Of a DNA stretch of 63,408 nucleotides, positions 54,965-63,408 are shown piece by piece. A program made the position numbers and the translations under genes. A model generated the notes under the pieces. It was not told the DNA's origin. It searched no databases and was given only the letters and a program-made list of their open reading frames with translations. Source of the stretch: Chthoniobacter sp. (GTDB taxonomy: Bacteria; Verrucomicrobiota; Verrucomicrobiia; Chthoniobacterales; Chthoniobacteraceae). Within the stretch, counting starts at the first letter, position 1. Every line of letters starts with the position of its first letter. The stretch is from the NCBI GenBank assembly GCA_034667645.1, contig JAXDQV010000146.1:1-63408 (forward strand), written 5' to 3'.

Positions 54965-56473
54965 ATGAATCGCGTTTTCGGAATTGAAACCGAATACGGC
55001 ATCACGGTCGACGGCGTGCAGGAGGTGGATGTCGTGCACGAGTCCATCGAGATTGTGCGTCGCTATACCGAACATGGGGCCTTGATGAAATGGGATTATG
55101 ACCTCGAAGATCCGCATCAGGACGCGCGTGGATTTCGCGCGAGCGAACTGCTCCAGGACACGGACGAATCGGCTTACTTCGAGATTGATCGGAAGCGACC
55201 GCTTTCATTTGAAGAGATCAAAAGCGACCTGGTGCTTTCAAACGGCGCGCGGTTTTACAACGACCACGCCCATCCGGAATACTCCACGCCGGAATGCATG
55301 ACCCTCCGCGAACTGGTGGCGCACGACAAGGCCGGCGAGCGGATTATTGCCGAATGTGCGCGCCGTCGAAACCGGCAACTCGCGCCCGACCGCGAGGTGC
55401 GTCTCTATAAAAACAACACGGACTTCGTGGGCCACAGTTACGGCTGCCACGATAACTACCTAATGCGCCGCGATGTGCCGTGGGGGCGAATCGTCACCGA
55501 TGTCGTCCCGTTCCTCGTCACACGGCAGATTTTCGCGGGAGCGGGAAAACTTGGCATTGAGGCGGAAGGCGCGACCGGCCAGCCGGGTATTTTTCAAATC
55601 TCACAACGCGCGGATTTTTTCCAGGTGCTCTGCTCGATCGATACGATGAACCGCAGGCCGATCGTCAACACCCGCGACGAACCTCACGCGGATCCCCGAC
55701 AATATCGACGACTGCACGTCATCATCGGCGACTCGAACATGAGCGAGATCGCCACGGCTCTGAAAATCGGCACGACCGCGCTAGTGCTCGGCTTGATCGA
55801 ACAAAAGCAGGCGCCCCAGCTCGAGTTGGCGAATCCGGTCGAGGCGACAAAGGCCATCAGCCGCGATCAGACTTGCGATTGGATTGTCGAGCTGCGCGAT
55901 GGCCGGAAAATCTCGGCTATTGACGTGCAGCGGCTTTATTTGAAGGCGGCGCAGCAGCACTGCGCGCAGGATGAGGAGACACGCTGGCTGCTCGGCGAGT
56001 GGGAGCAGGTGTTAAACGATCTGCAAACGGATGTCACACGCTGCGGGGATCGCGTGGACTGGGTCGCCAAGAAATTCCTGCTCACCACCTTTCGTGAAAG
56101 CGAACAGATCGAATGGACGGACCCGTGGCTTCAGTCCATCGACCTCGAATATCATAACGTGGCGCTGGAACAGGGGCTGCACTACGAACTGGTGCGCAGC
56201 GGCCAGATGCGCCGCTTCGTTTCCGAGCAGGAAATCAAGGACGCAATTTTTCAGCCCCCGCCCACAACGCGCGCTTACTTTCGCGGACGCTCAGTCGCGA
56301 AATTCAACGCTGAGATTGAATCGGTTCAGTGGGACGAAGTCGTTTTTCGTCGCGGGCAGCGCACCAAAACCGTGAGCCTGAGGCAGGCATTTGAGGAAGG
56401 TCAGGCCGATCGAATCAACGCTCTGATCCGGGAGCCGAAAAGTTTTGCCGAGTTTTTCGACGCGCTCGCCTGA
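54965..56473 (+). CDS. Pup-ligase/deamidase family protein (PafA/Dop homologue)
   Basis: GIETEYG, HPEYSTPEC, YKNNTDFVGHSYGCHDNYL, PFLVTRQIFAGAGK, NTRDEPHADPRQYRRLHVIIGDSNMSE align closely with PafA/Dop signatures. Confidence 0.85.
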   Translation: MNRVFGIETEYGITVDGVQEVDVVHESIEIVRRYTEHGALMKWDYDLEDPHQDARGFRASELLQDTDESAYFEIDRKRPLSFEEIKSDLVLSNGARFYNDHAHPEYSTPECMTLRELVAHDKAGERIIAECARRRNRQLAPDREVRLYKNNTDFVGHSYGCHDNYLMRRDVPWGRIVTDVVPFLVTRQIFAGAGKLGIEAEGATGQPGIFQISQRADFFQVLCSIDTMNRRPIVNTRDEPHADPRQYRRLHVIIGDSNMSEIATALKIGTTALVLGLIEQKQAPQLELANPVEATKAISRDQTCDWIVELRDGRKISAIDVQRLYLKAAQQHCAQDEETRWLLGEWEQVLNDLQTDVTRCGDRVDWVAKKFLLTTFRESEQIEWTDPWLQSIDLEYHNVALEQGLHYELVRSGQMRRFVSEQEIKDAIFQPPPTTRAYFRGRSVAKFNAEIESVQWDEVVFRRGQRTKTVSLRQAFEEGQADRINALIREPKSFAEFFDALA

Positions 56474-56504
56474 GCGCCCCGACGACACGCTGGCTTCTGG
56501 AGGA

Positions 56505-57794
56505 TTAAGCGGAGGCGACGCCGTCTGCGGTCTCGGCGAAGGCAGAAAGGCGGCCTTCCAGCTCCGGCGGCACATGTGCGCGCACGTGCACGACCTCATC
56601 CTCGTAACGAATGTCGAGCACGTGACCGACGCGATGGATCTCCGCGATCAGCGCCGCTTCGTGCGCCGGAATACAATACGAAGCGCGCAACCTCCAGGCG
56701 CTGAGCTGGTGCTCGAGTTCCTGCAGCATCGCCTCCATTCCTTCCCCATGGGCGGCGGAGATGATCACACTATTTGGCCAGGCGCGCACTTGGGCCGGAA
56801 CCAGTTCCCGATTTTCCAATGCATCCACTTTGTTAAACAAGGTGAGCGTTTGTTTTCCATGCGCATCGAGCTCCTGGATCACCGAATTTACCGCTTCGAT
56901 CTGCTCCTGGAATTGTGGATGGCTCAAATCGACAACGTGAATGAGCAGATCGGCTTCATGCACTTCTTCCAGTGTGGCTTTGAAGGACTCAATTACGGTG
57001 TGTGGTAGTTTGCGGATGAAACCGACCGTGTCCGTCAGCAGCACTTTTTGTTTGTTGGGCAGCACGAGCTGGCGCGTCGTCGGATCGAGGGTTGCGAAAA
57101 GTTTGTCCTCCGCCACCACACCTGCTCCGGTAAGACGGTTGAGGAGCGTCGATTTCCCGGCGTTCGTGTAGCCGACGAGCGCGGCGACCGGCCAATGATG
57201 CCGGCGGCGTCCTTCCCGCTGGATCAGGCGATGCTTTCTGACCTCGGTTAAATCGCGTTCCAGCCGCGCGATTCGCTCCTGCACGCGACGTCGATCGACT
57301 TCGAGCTGCGTCTCACCCGGGCCGCGGGTCCCGATCCCGCCGCTCTGTCGCGAGAGGTGATTCCACATCCGCGTGAGGCGCGGCAGGAGGTATTGCAGTT
57401 GCGCCAGCTCGATTTGCAACCGGCCTTCGCGCGAGCGAGCGCGCTGCGCGAAGATATCGAGAATCAATTGCGTGCGATCGAGGATCTTGCGCGAAGTAAG
57501 TTCCTCCAGGTTTCGCCCCTGCGCGGGGGAAAGTTCGTCGTCGAAAATCACTGACGTGATGTTTTCCGCGCGGCAACGATCCGCGATTTGCTCGGCCTTT
57601 CCCTTCCCGATGTAAAAGGGCGCGGTTGGTTGATCGAGCCGCTGGGTCATTGTGCCGACGACTTCTGCACCAGCCGAATGCGCGAGCTCCGCGAGTTCCT
57701 CCAGCGAGTCACGCAGTTCCCACTTATTCGCGCCATCGCGTTCGAGCCCGACCAGGAGCGCCCTCTCCCTGCGATTCGCCTGCGTTTCAAACAT
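56505..57794 (-). CDS. hflX: GTPase HflX
   Basis: HflX N-terminal domain plus G domain GYTNAGKSTLLNRL, DTVGF, NKVD. Confidence 0.9.
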   Translation of the reverse strand: MFETQANRRERALLVGLERDGANKWELRDSLEELAELAHSAGAEVVGTMTQRLDQPTAPFYIGKGKAEQIADRCRAENITSVIFDDELSPAQGRNLEELTSRKILDRTQLILDIFAQRARSREGRLQIELAQLQYLLPRLTRMWNHLSRQSGGIGTRGPGETQLEVDRRRVQERIARLERDLTEVRKHRLIQREGRRRHHWPVAALVGYTNAGKSTLLNRLTGAGVVAEDKLFATLDPTTRQLVLPNKQKVLLTDTVGFIRKLPHTVIESFKATLEEVHEADLLIHVVDLSHPQFQEQIEAVNSVIQELDAHGKQTLTLFNKVDALENRELVPAQVRAWPNSVIISAAHGEGMEAMLQELEHQLSAWRLRASYCIPAHEAALIAEIHRVGHVLDIRYEDEVVHVRAHVPPELEGRLSAFAETADGVASA

Positions 57795-58689
57795 GCGGAG
57801 AAGGCAGAGACGAAAGCGCCTTCCGCACGATCCAATCGACCGCGGACGCCGGGGGAAAAGTGGTGAGATTCAGCGGCTCAAAACTAGGCTCGCTCCGAAA
57901 CCACGTCAATTGACGTTTGGCATAGCGCCGGGTTGCCAGTTGGATCTGTGCAATTGCTTCGGCTTGCGAAATGTCTTTGCGCAGGCAGGCCCGGGTCTCG
58001 CGCAATCCGATCACCTGGGATGCGGTTCGCCCGATTTCTGGGACCTGTCGAATCTCTTCGAGCAACCCTCGTTCAAACATTTGTGCCACCCGCGCATCGA
58101 TCCGCGTGTGGAAATCTGCCCGGTCACGGGTCAGTAGAACGCCGGAGGGGACCGTTGCCTTTTTTCCCCAGAGGTCTCGAAACGCGGAGAATGGCTTCCC
58201 GGTCAGCAGACAAACTTCGATCGCGCGCACCAGCCGCCGTTTGTTTTTTAAATCAATTTGGCCTGCGCCCGCTGGATCCAGTCTGGCATAACGCCTTTGC
58301 AATTCCGCGAGAGGAGTCGCTTCCAGTTCGACGCGCAGGGTCTCGTCCGCAGATGGGAGCTCCGACAGCCCGTGGGTCAAAGCCCGCACATACAAACCGG
58401 TGCCGCCGGCCACAATCACCAGCCGACCGCGCCTGGTGATTCCTTCGGCGCGCGATTTCGCGAGAGCCGCAAACTGCGCGGCGTCGAAGGATTGCGTCAG
58501 CGGAATCTCACCAATCAGATGGTGAGGCACGTTTGCGAGTGTTTCGGCATCAGGCTTGGCCGTCAGAATCTCGAGCCCCGCATAAATCTGAAAAGCATCG
58601 GCGCTGATGATCTCGGCGCCAATCCGCTGTGCGACTTCCGCGGCGAGGTCCGTTTTCCCGACCGCCGTGGGGCCGACGAGGAAAAACAT
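57787..58689 (-). CDS. miaA: tRNA dimethylallyltransferase
   Basis: GPTAVGKT P-loop and the ...HHLIGEIPL... MiaA pattern. Overlaps hflX by 8 nt. Confidence 0.9.
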   Translation of the reverse strand: MFFLVGPTAVGKTDLAAEVAQRIGAEIISADAFQIYAGLEILTAKPDAETLANVPHHLIGEIPLTQSFDAAQFAALAKSRAEGITRRGRLVIVAGGTGLYVRALTHGLSELPSADETLRVELEATPLAELQRRYARLDPAGAGQIDLKNKRRLVRAIEVCLLTGKPFSAFRDLWGKKATVPSGVLLTRDRADFHTRIDARVAQMFERGLLEEIRQVPEIGRTASQVIGLRETRACLRKDISQAEAIAQIQLATRRYAKRQLTWFRSEPSFEPLNLTTFPPASAVDWIVRKALSSLPSPHV

Positions 58690-58696
58690 CCTGAAA

Positions 58697-59209
58697 TCAG
58701 AGATCGCTTTCGCTTGAACCGGCGTTCACGAGCTCCAATCGGACGCGGCTCGTGCCGGAGCGCACCATGGCGAGCTGGCGCGCCGCCGCCGCGTTGACGT
58801 CGATGATCCGACCTTTTGTGAACGGCCCGCGGTCGTTGATCCGCACGATCGCGCTGCGGTTGTTCGCCAGGTTAATCACTTTTACGAGCGTTCCAAACGG
58901 CAACCGCCGATGCGCAGCGGTTAATACGTCACCTCTCGCGCCTGCGCCTTCGCCCGGATACCAAGAGGCGATTCCGGTCTGTAATACGGCTAGCTTGGAC
59001 GAGGCTGGCTGGGTTGGCAAAATAAGCGCCTTTGCCGAAACAGCGGCCGATGGTGCAGCGGCGACCGGCGCGACACCGTGCTCGATCACGATCGGCGGTT
59101 TTTTCAACAGACCGACATGGACGCCGCTATCCGCCACCCGTGTGGCGACGAACAGGCTTGCTACCAAAATAAATGTGGCCAGCACTCGCCGGATGGTTTT
59201 TGTCCGCAT
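58697..59209 (-). CDS. rlpA: RlpA-like septal lytic transglycosylase (DPBB domain)
   Basis: SWYPGE...TAAHRRLPFGTLVKVINLANNRSAIVRINDRGPF DPBB signature. Confidence 0.8.
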   Translation of the reverse strand: MRTKTIRRVLATFILVASLFVATRVADSGVHVGLLKKPPIVIEHGVAPVAAAPSAAVSAKALILPTQPASSKLAVLQTGIASWYPGEGAGARGDVLTAAHRRLPFGTLVKVINLANNRSAIVRINDRGPFTKGRIIDVNAAAARQLAMVRSGTSRVRLELVNAGSSESDL

Positions 59210-59346
59210 GAAAGGCGCGGAAGGTAATGGCAAAGAGCCGTTCGTCAAGGGACTTTCATGGCCGGCTGACGATTTTCCGGTTTCGAAGTCCGTGGAAAAT
59301 TGTGGGGTTGGCAATGCGCCGGGCGATCGCTACCATCAGGCGCAGA

Positions 59347-59556
59347 ATGAAATGGCTGGCTCTTCCCCTCGTCTGCGCAATGGCTTTTCTCGGCGGCGGT
59401 TGCGAGCAACATCGCGTCGCGGAACTCGCACAACTCGAGGAATCTCCCGAGGCTGAAGCTCACGCCGGGCACGGGGTTAAAGGGGAAGGCGCGCGGCCCG
59501 ACCAAGGGGTAAAGTCCGCGCCCGATGCACCGGGCCCGAAGTATTTCACCCACTGA
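59347..59556 (+). CDS. small lipoprotein
   Basis: MKWLALPLVCAMAFLGGGCEQ lipobox. Short and low-complexity. Confidence 0.45.
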   Translation: MKWLALPLVCAMAFLGGGCEQHRVAELAQLEESPEAEAHAGHGVKGEGARPDQGVKSAPDAPGPKYFTH

Positions 59557-59563
59557 CCTTCTG

Positions 59564-60619
59564 CTAACGGAGCGCGTCGCCGACTACTTTCGCGGTTAAA
59601 AAGCGAAGGGCAGGGGGATAAAATCTCAATAGGTCGAGCAACAGACTTCCGGCCCGCGGGTAAAGCACCGCGCGTTTGGCCAGCGCATTGACCCATAATC
59701 GGCCCCGGTAAAGTCGCGCATGTTCGCGCGCATAGTCCCCCGGCGATGATCCCGCACGAATATGCCGGGCCGCCAATTCGCCAGACGCGAGGGCGTAGAA
59801 AATCCCTTCGCCGGTGAAGGGCTCCACGACGCGTGCCGCGTCGCCGCACAGGAACAGGTTTTCGTATGCAGGAGAAATCGGCGCCCGCGAGAGAGGAGTG
59901 ATCGTGCGCCACGCCGTGCTCGCGGCAACCGCGAAGTTCGCCTCGGCCCATGCCTTCAGGCTGGCGATCCGTTTCGGCCGACTAACCAGGCAAAGATTCA
60001 CCTCACCGTCACCAATGCTGGCTGCCCCGCAGTAGCCTTCCGGCAGCAAGCGCAAGATGACGCGTTCGCCGAACCCGGGTGGCGCTGGAACGTGCGTCTG
60101 CAGGGCAATGCGATCCTTTTTCGCTGCCGGCAGGAGGCTCAGTGATCGCGCAATGGTGGAATTGCGCCCATCCGCCGCTACCAGGACTCGCGCGCCGAAG
60201 GTTTTCTCGGCTGCGTGGACTCGCCAGCCCCGCTCGATTGACGTGATTGCCGCATTCTCCCGGACCTCCGCTCCGCATTCGAGCGCTCTCTGCAAAAGAA
60301 GATTGTCCAGATGCGCGCGCTTGACCGCAATTTCGCCTCGCTTTGACGCATTCAGTGGAAAACAAATCGACCGTCCGCGAACCCCGATAAACTCGATTTC
60401 TTCGAGCTTCGAGTGCGGAAGGGAAAGCACCCGGCTCGCAAGATCAAGGCGTTCGAGAAGCGGCCAGCAGCTCGGGTTGAGGCAATCCCCACAAACCTTA
60501 TCACGCGGAAAAGTCACCTTCTCGAGGATGAGCGTTGAGAGGCCGGACTGTGCGCAAAATGCGCCGCAAGCTGCGCCCGCGGGTCCTCCGCCAGCAATGA
60601 TCACGTCGTAGGTTCTCAT
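59564..60619 (-). CDS. FAD-dependent oxidoreductase, geranylgeranyl-reductase family
   Basis: YDVIIAGGGPAGAACG dinucleotide-binding motif, ...RDKVCGDCL... Confidence 0.8.
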   Translation of the reverse strand: MRTYDVIIAGGGPAGAACGAFCAQSGLSTLILEKVTFPRDKVCGDCLNPSCWPLLERLDLASRVLSLPHSKLEEIEFIGVRGRSICFPLNASKRGEIAVKRAHLDNLLLQRALECGAEVRENAAITSIERGWRVHAAEKTFGARVLVAADGRNSTIARSLSLLPAAKKDRIALQTHVPAPPGFGERVILRLLPEGYCGAASIGDGEVNLCLVSRPKRIASLKAWAEANFAVAASTAWRTITPLSRAPISPAYENLFLCGDAARVVEPFTGEGIFYALASGELAARHIRAGSSPGDYAREHARLYRGRLWVNALAKRAVLYPRAGSLLLDLLRFYPPALRFLTAKVVGDALR

Positions 60620-60652
60620 TCGACATTTCTCCCGACGACCAGTCGCCCGCCT

Positions 60653-61750
60653 TTAGACAAAGGTTTCCGCCACCGCGTCGGCCATCAGTTTCCCCTTGCG
60701 CGTAAGCACGACGCGGTCGCCCCTGTCCTGCAAAAATCCGAGTTCCCGAAATTCCTGAATTTGTGCGCGCCATGGGCCGAGCGCCGCGTTGGGAACACCA
60801 CGATTTGTGCGCAGACTGAAGGCGAGTTTTTCGGCGATTTTGGTCCGTTCCGGCAGACGTTCCTCAAAGGAAACCGGTGAGACGTTGCTGAAAAGCCGAT
60901 CGCAGTATTCCACGGAATTCGGGACGTTTTGCCAGCGGCGTGGCCCGATGGTGGAAAACGCGCTCGGACCGATCCCGAGGTAATCCGAGCCTTTCCAGTA
61001 TGCGCAGTTGTGCGCCGACTCCCGGCCGGGCTGCGCGTAATTCGAGACTTCGTAATGCGCGAACCCAGCGGCACCGAGCTGATCCATTCCCATTTCAAAA
61101 AAATCAGCGTCCCGATCGTTGTCCCGGTTAAATTCATGCGCCGCCAGCTTTTGGAAAAACGCCGTGTCTTCTTCGTAAGTGAGGCAATACGACGAGACAT
61201 GCTCCGGCGCGAGCGCGACGGTTTTCTCCAGGTCCCGCTGCCACTCCGCGGCCGTCTGTCCCGGCACGGCGAACATCAAATCCAGACTGACGTTTTCAAA
61301 ACCCGCCTCACGCAATGTGTTAAACGTCCGTTCAGACTGCGCCGCGGTGTGGGCCCGCCCTAAAACACGGAGCGTCCGGTCGTTCCATGACTGCGCACCC
61401 ATGCTAATGCGATTCACGCCGAGGGCCCGGAGCAGGCGCGCCTTTTCCGGGGAAACGGTTGCCGGATTAATCTCAAACGTAAACTCTCCGAGAGCGTTTA
61501 AATCCAGCCGGCTGCGCAGACGCGTCAGGAGATATTCGAGTTCGGACAGGGAAAGCGAGCTTGGTGTTCCGCCTCCAAAATAGATCGTGTGCGGCTGCAT
61601 CGTGAACCGCGAGGCTTGTCGTTCGATTTCGAGCAGGAGCGCGTCGAGAAAGCGCCGCGACTTGTTTCGCATCGTGGTTTCCACATGGAAACTGCAATAC
61701 GGGCAAAGTTTCGCGCAGAACGGGATGTGAACGTAAAGGTGACGGATCAT
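60653..61750 (-). CDS. hemW: radical SAM heme chaperone HemW
   Basis: CAKLCPYCSF CxxxCxxC cluster motif. HemN-like length without the N-terminal extension. Confidence 0.85.
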   Translation of the reverse strand: MIRHLYVHIPFCAKLCPYCSFHVETTMRNKSRRFLDALLLEIERQASRFTMQPHTIYFGGGTPSSLSLSELEYLLTRLRSRLDLNALGEFTFEINPATVSPEKARLLRALGVNRISMGAQSWNDRTLRVLGRAHTAAQSERTFNTLREAGFENVSLDLMFAVPGQTAAEWQRDLEKTVALAPEHVSSYCLTYEEDTAFFQKLAAHEFNRDNDRDADFFEMGMDQLGAAGFAHYEVSNYAQPGRESAHNCAYWKGSDYLGIGPSAFSTIGPRRWQNVPNSVEYCDRLFSNVSPVSFEERLPERTKIAEKLAFSLRTNRGVPNAALGPWRAQIQEFRELGFLQDRGDRVVLTRKGKLMADAVAETFV

Positions 61751-61800
61751 GGCTGGGGCCGCGAGCAGCGACGCTCCCGCTGCCTACGCAGTGACGAGGC

Positions 61801-63405
61801 TCAATGAGGCGTCGCTTTTTCGGCTCCGAGACCGGTGTTCGCGCGGACGGAAAGTTCTGCGAACTTTGCTTCCGCCGAGGGTTCGCGACGAAGCAGGGTT
61901 CCGAGAATTGCGCCAAGGAAACCAAGAGGAATGCTGACGATCCCGGGATTCTCCAGCGGAAAAAACGGGGCGCGCTGGATCAGGTGCCGCGCGCTCAGGG
62001 CGGTCGCCGCGGTATCGAGCCCCATGATGCTCGGCCCCACGAGAATCAGCGCGAGCGAGCCGACAAGCCCCGTCGTCATTCCGATGACAGCTCCGCTGGT
62101 GTTAAAACGTTTCCAGAAGATCGAAAAGACGATGACGGGAAGATTAGCCGAGGCCGCGACCGCGAAGGCGAGTGCAACGAGAAACGCGACGTTTGCAGTC
62201 GGCCCGAGGAGAATCGCTATCCCAATGGCGATGGCTCCGACGACGAGCGCGGTGATTCGCGCGACGCGCACCTCTTCCCCCGGCCGATGCTCGCGGCCGT
62301 GGTGGATGACGTTGGTGTAGAAATCATGCGCAAAAGAAGTGGAGGCGCTGATCGTCAGCCCCGCAACCACCGCGAGGATGGTGGCGAAGGCAATGGCCGA
62401 AATGAATGCGAAGAAAATGTCACCGCCGAGAGCTTGGGCGAGCAGGGGCGCGGACATATTGGTCCCGCCGCCGAGCTTGATTTTATCCGGGCCGACGATC
62501 GTCGCGGCCCCAAAGCCGAGGAAGGTCGTCATGATGTAAAAGCAACCGATCAGCACCATGGCCCAGACCACGCTGATCCGCGCCGTTTTGGCATCGGGCA
62601 CCGTGTAAAACCGAATCAAAATATGCGGCAAACCTGCGGTCCCGCAGATCAGTGCGAGCCCGAGCGAGATCAGATCCAGCGCGCCGTAAGGGGGCTTGTA
62701 GCGCAGGCCGGGTTGCAGGAAATCCTTCGTCACGAGCACGTCTTTCTCGTGATAGCTCACCTGCGAAATGGCTTTGAAAAACTCCGCAAAACTCCATCCG
62801 AAATGCCGCAGCACGAGGAAACTGAGAAGGATGGTTCCAGCAATCAGCAGAATCGCCTTGATGATCTGCACCCATGTCGTCGCGAGCATTCCTCCGAAGA
62901 TGACGTAAACGATCATCAGGATTCCGACGCCGATGACCGCGGTCGGATAGTTGAGGCCGGACCCTTTCAAAAGCAACGACACGAGCGCACCGGCACCGAC
63001 CATTTGCGCGATCATGTAAAACGTCGAAACCGTGAGAGTCGAAAGCGAGGCCATGGCTCGCACCGGACGCGGGCTGAGGCGGAATGCGAGCACGTCGGCC
63101 ATCGTGTATTTCCCGGTGTTCCGCAGCGGCTCGGCGACGATCAACAGCACCGTGAGATAGGCGACCAGCCAGCCCACGGAAAACATGAAGCCGTCGTAGC
63201 CCTGAAACGCAATGATGCCGGCAATCCCGAGAAATGAAGCGGCGCTCATGTAATCGCCGGCGACGGCGACGCCGTTTTGCCACGCGGTAATCCGCCGGCC
63301 GGCGGCAAAATAGGCCGCGGTGCCTTGGGATTTACGAGCGGCCCAATAGGTAATCCCGAGCGTCACCGCCACGAAGAGCAAAAACATCAGGAGCGGGGTG
63401 GACAT
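61801..63405 (-). CDS. actP: cation/acetate symporter (SSS family, ActP-like)
   Basis: ...[48 protein letters not shown]... matches the ActP N-terminal signature. About 13 TM helices. Confidence 0.85.
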   Translation of the reverse strand: MSTPLLMFLLFVAVTLGITYWAARKSQGTAAYFAAGRRITAWQNGVAVAGDYMSAASFLGIAGIIAFQGYDGFMFSVGWLVAYLTVLLIVAEPLRNTGKYTMADVLAFRLSPRPVRAMASLSTLTVSTFYMIAQMVGAGALVSLLLKGSGLNYPTAVIGVGILMIVYVIFGGMLATTWVQIIKAILLIAGTILLSFLVLRHFGWSFAEFFKAISQVSYHEKDVLVTKDFLQPGLRYKPPYGALDLISLGLALICGTAGLPHILIRFYTVPDAKTARISVVWAMVLIGCFYIMTTFLGFGAATIVGPDKIKLGGGTNMSAPLLAQALGGDIFFAFISAIAFATILAVVAGLTISASTSFAHDFYTNVIHHGREHRPGEEVRVARITALVVGAIAIGIAILLGPTANVAFLVALAFAVAASANLPVIVFSIFWKRFNTSGAVIGMTTGLVGSLALILVGPSIMGLDTAATALSARHLIQRAPFFPLENPGIVSIPLGFLGAILGTLLRREPSAEAKFAELSVRANTGLGAEKATPH

Positions 63406-63408
63406 GGT

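Noticed and set aside
61804-63237. 477-aa ORF antisense to actP
   Set aside because: Shadow ORF with a highly charged, low-complexity translation. The minus strand encodes a clear SSS transporter.

Overview
This is a high-GC, gene-dense chromosomal segment of 63.4 kb. It is probably from a Verrucomicrobiota-like Gram-negative bacterium. That is an inference from three PEP-CTERM-tailed proteins, autotransporter-associated beta-strand repeats, a bamA-skp-lpxD block and a Pup-ligase homologue. All calls come from reading the supplied ORF translations and the DNA by eye; no searches were run.

The right half (about 30.4-63.4 kb) is mostly ordinary core genome:
- ispH, der, pgsA, a FecR/CHASE2-cyclase module and a DEAD-box helicase
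- a PL4-like rhamnogalacturonan lyase, bamA-skp-lpxD and a PafA/Dop homologue
- hflX, miaA, rlpA, hemW and actP

The left half is accessory-looking and holds most of what is worth a second look.

1. A tightly packed eight-gene operon (1787-11149) consists almost entirely of degradative enzymes. It has two papain-fold peptidases, three alpha/beta-hydrolases (one DUF2235/Tle1-like) and a lysozyme-like protein. Lipoprotein and membrane partners are interleaved among them. A NarL-type response regulator is transcribed divergently, and no secretion apparatus is in view.
2. A 35-nt direct repeat (39-73 and 16641-16675) brackets the 16.6 kb that contains this operon. The bracketed segment also holds an IS110 transposase remnant and a truncated proS 5' fragment.
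3. A run of unrelated small AT-richer ORFs (25.4-30.2 kb, minus strand) is separated by a conserved intergenic module of about 70 nt. Palindromes carrying GCCTAAC/GTTAGGC boxes also occur here, which gives a cassette-array-like organisation without a visible integrase.
4. A GxxExxY (PD-(D/E)XK) gene bounded by perfect 16-bp inverted repeats is inserted inside a sugar ABC-transporter operon. A related cargo-less inverted-repeat pair lies on the other side of the ATPase gene.

Three genes are split by single frameshifts: DUF4159, a TlpA-like gene and an FN3-tailed gene. No rRNA, tRNA or CRISPR array was seen.
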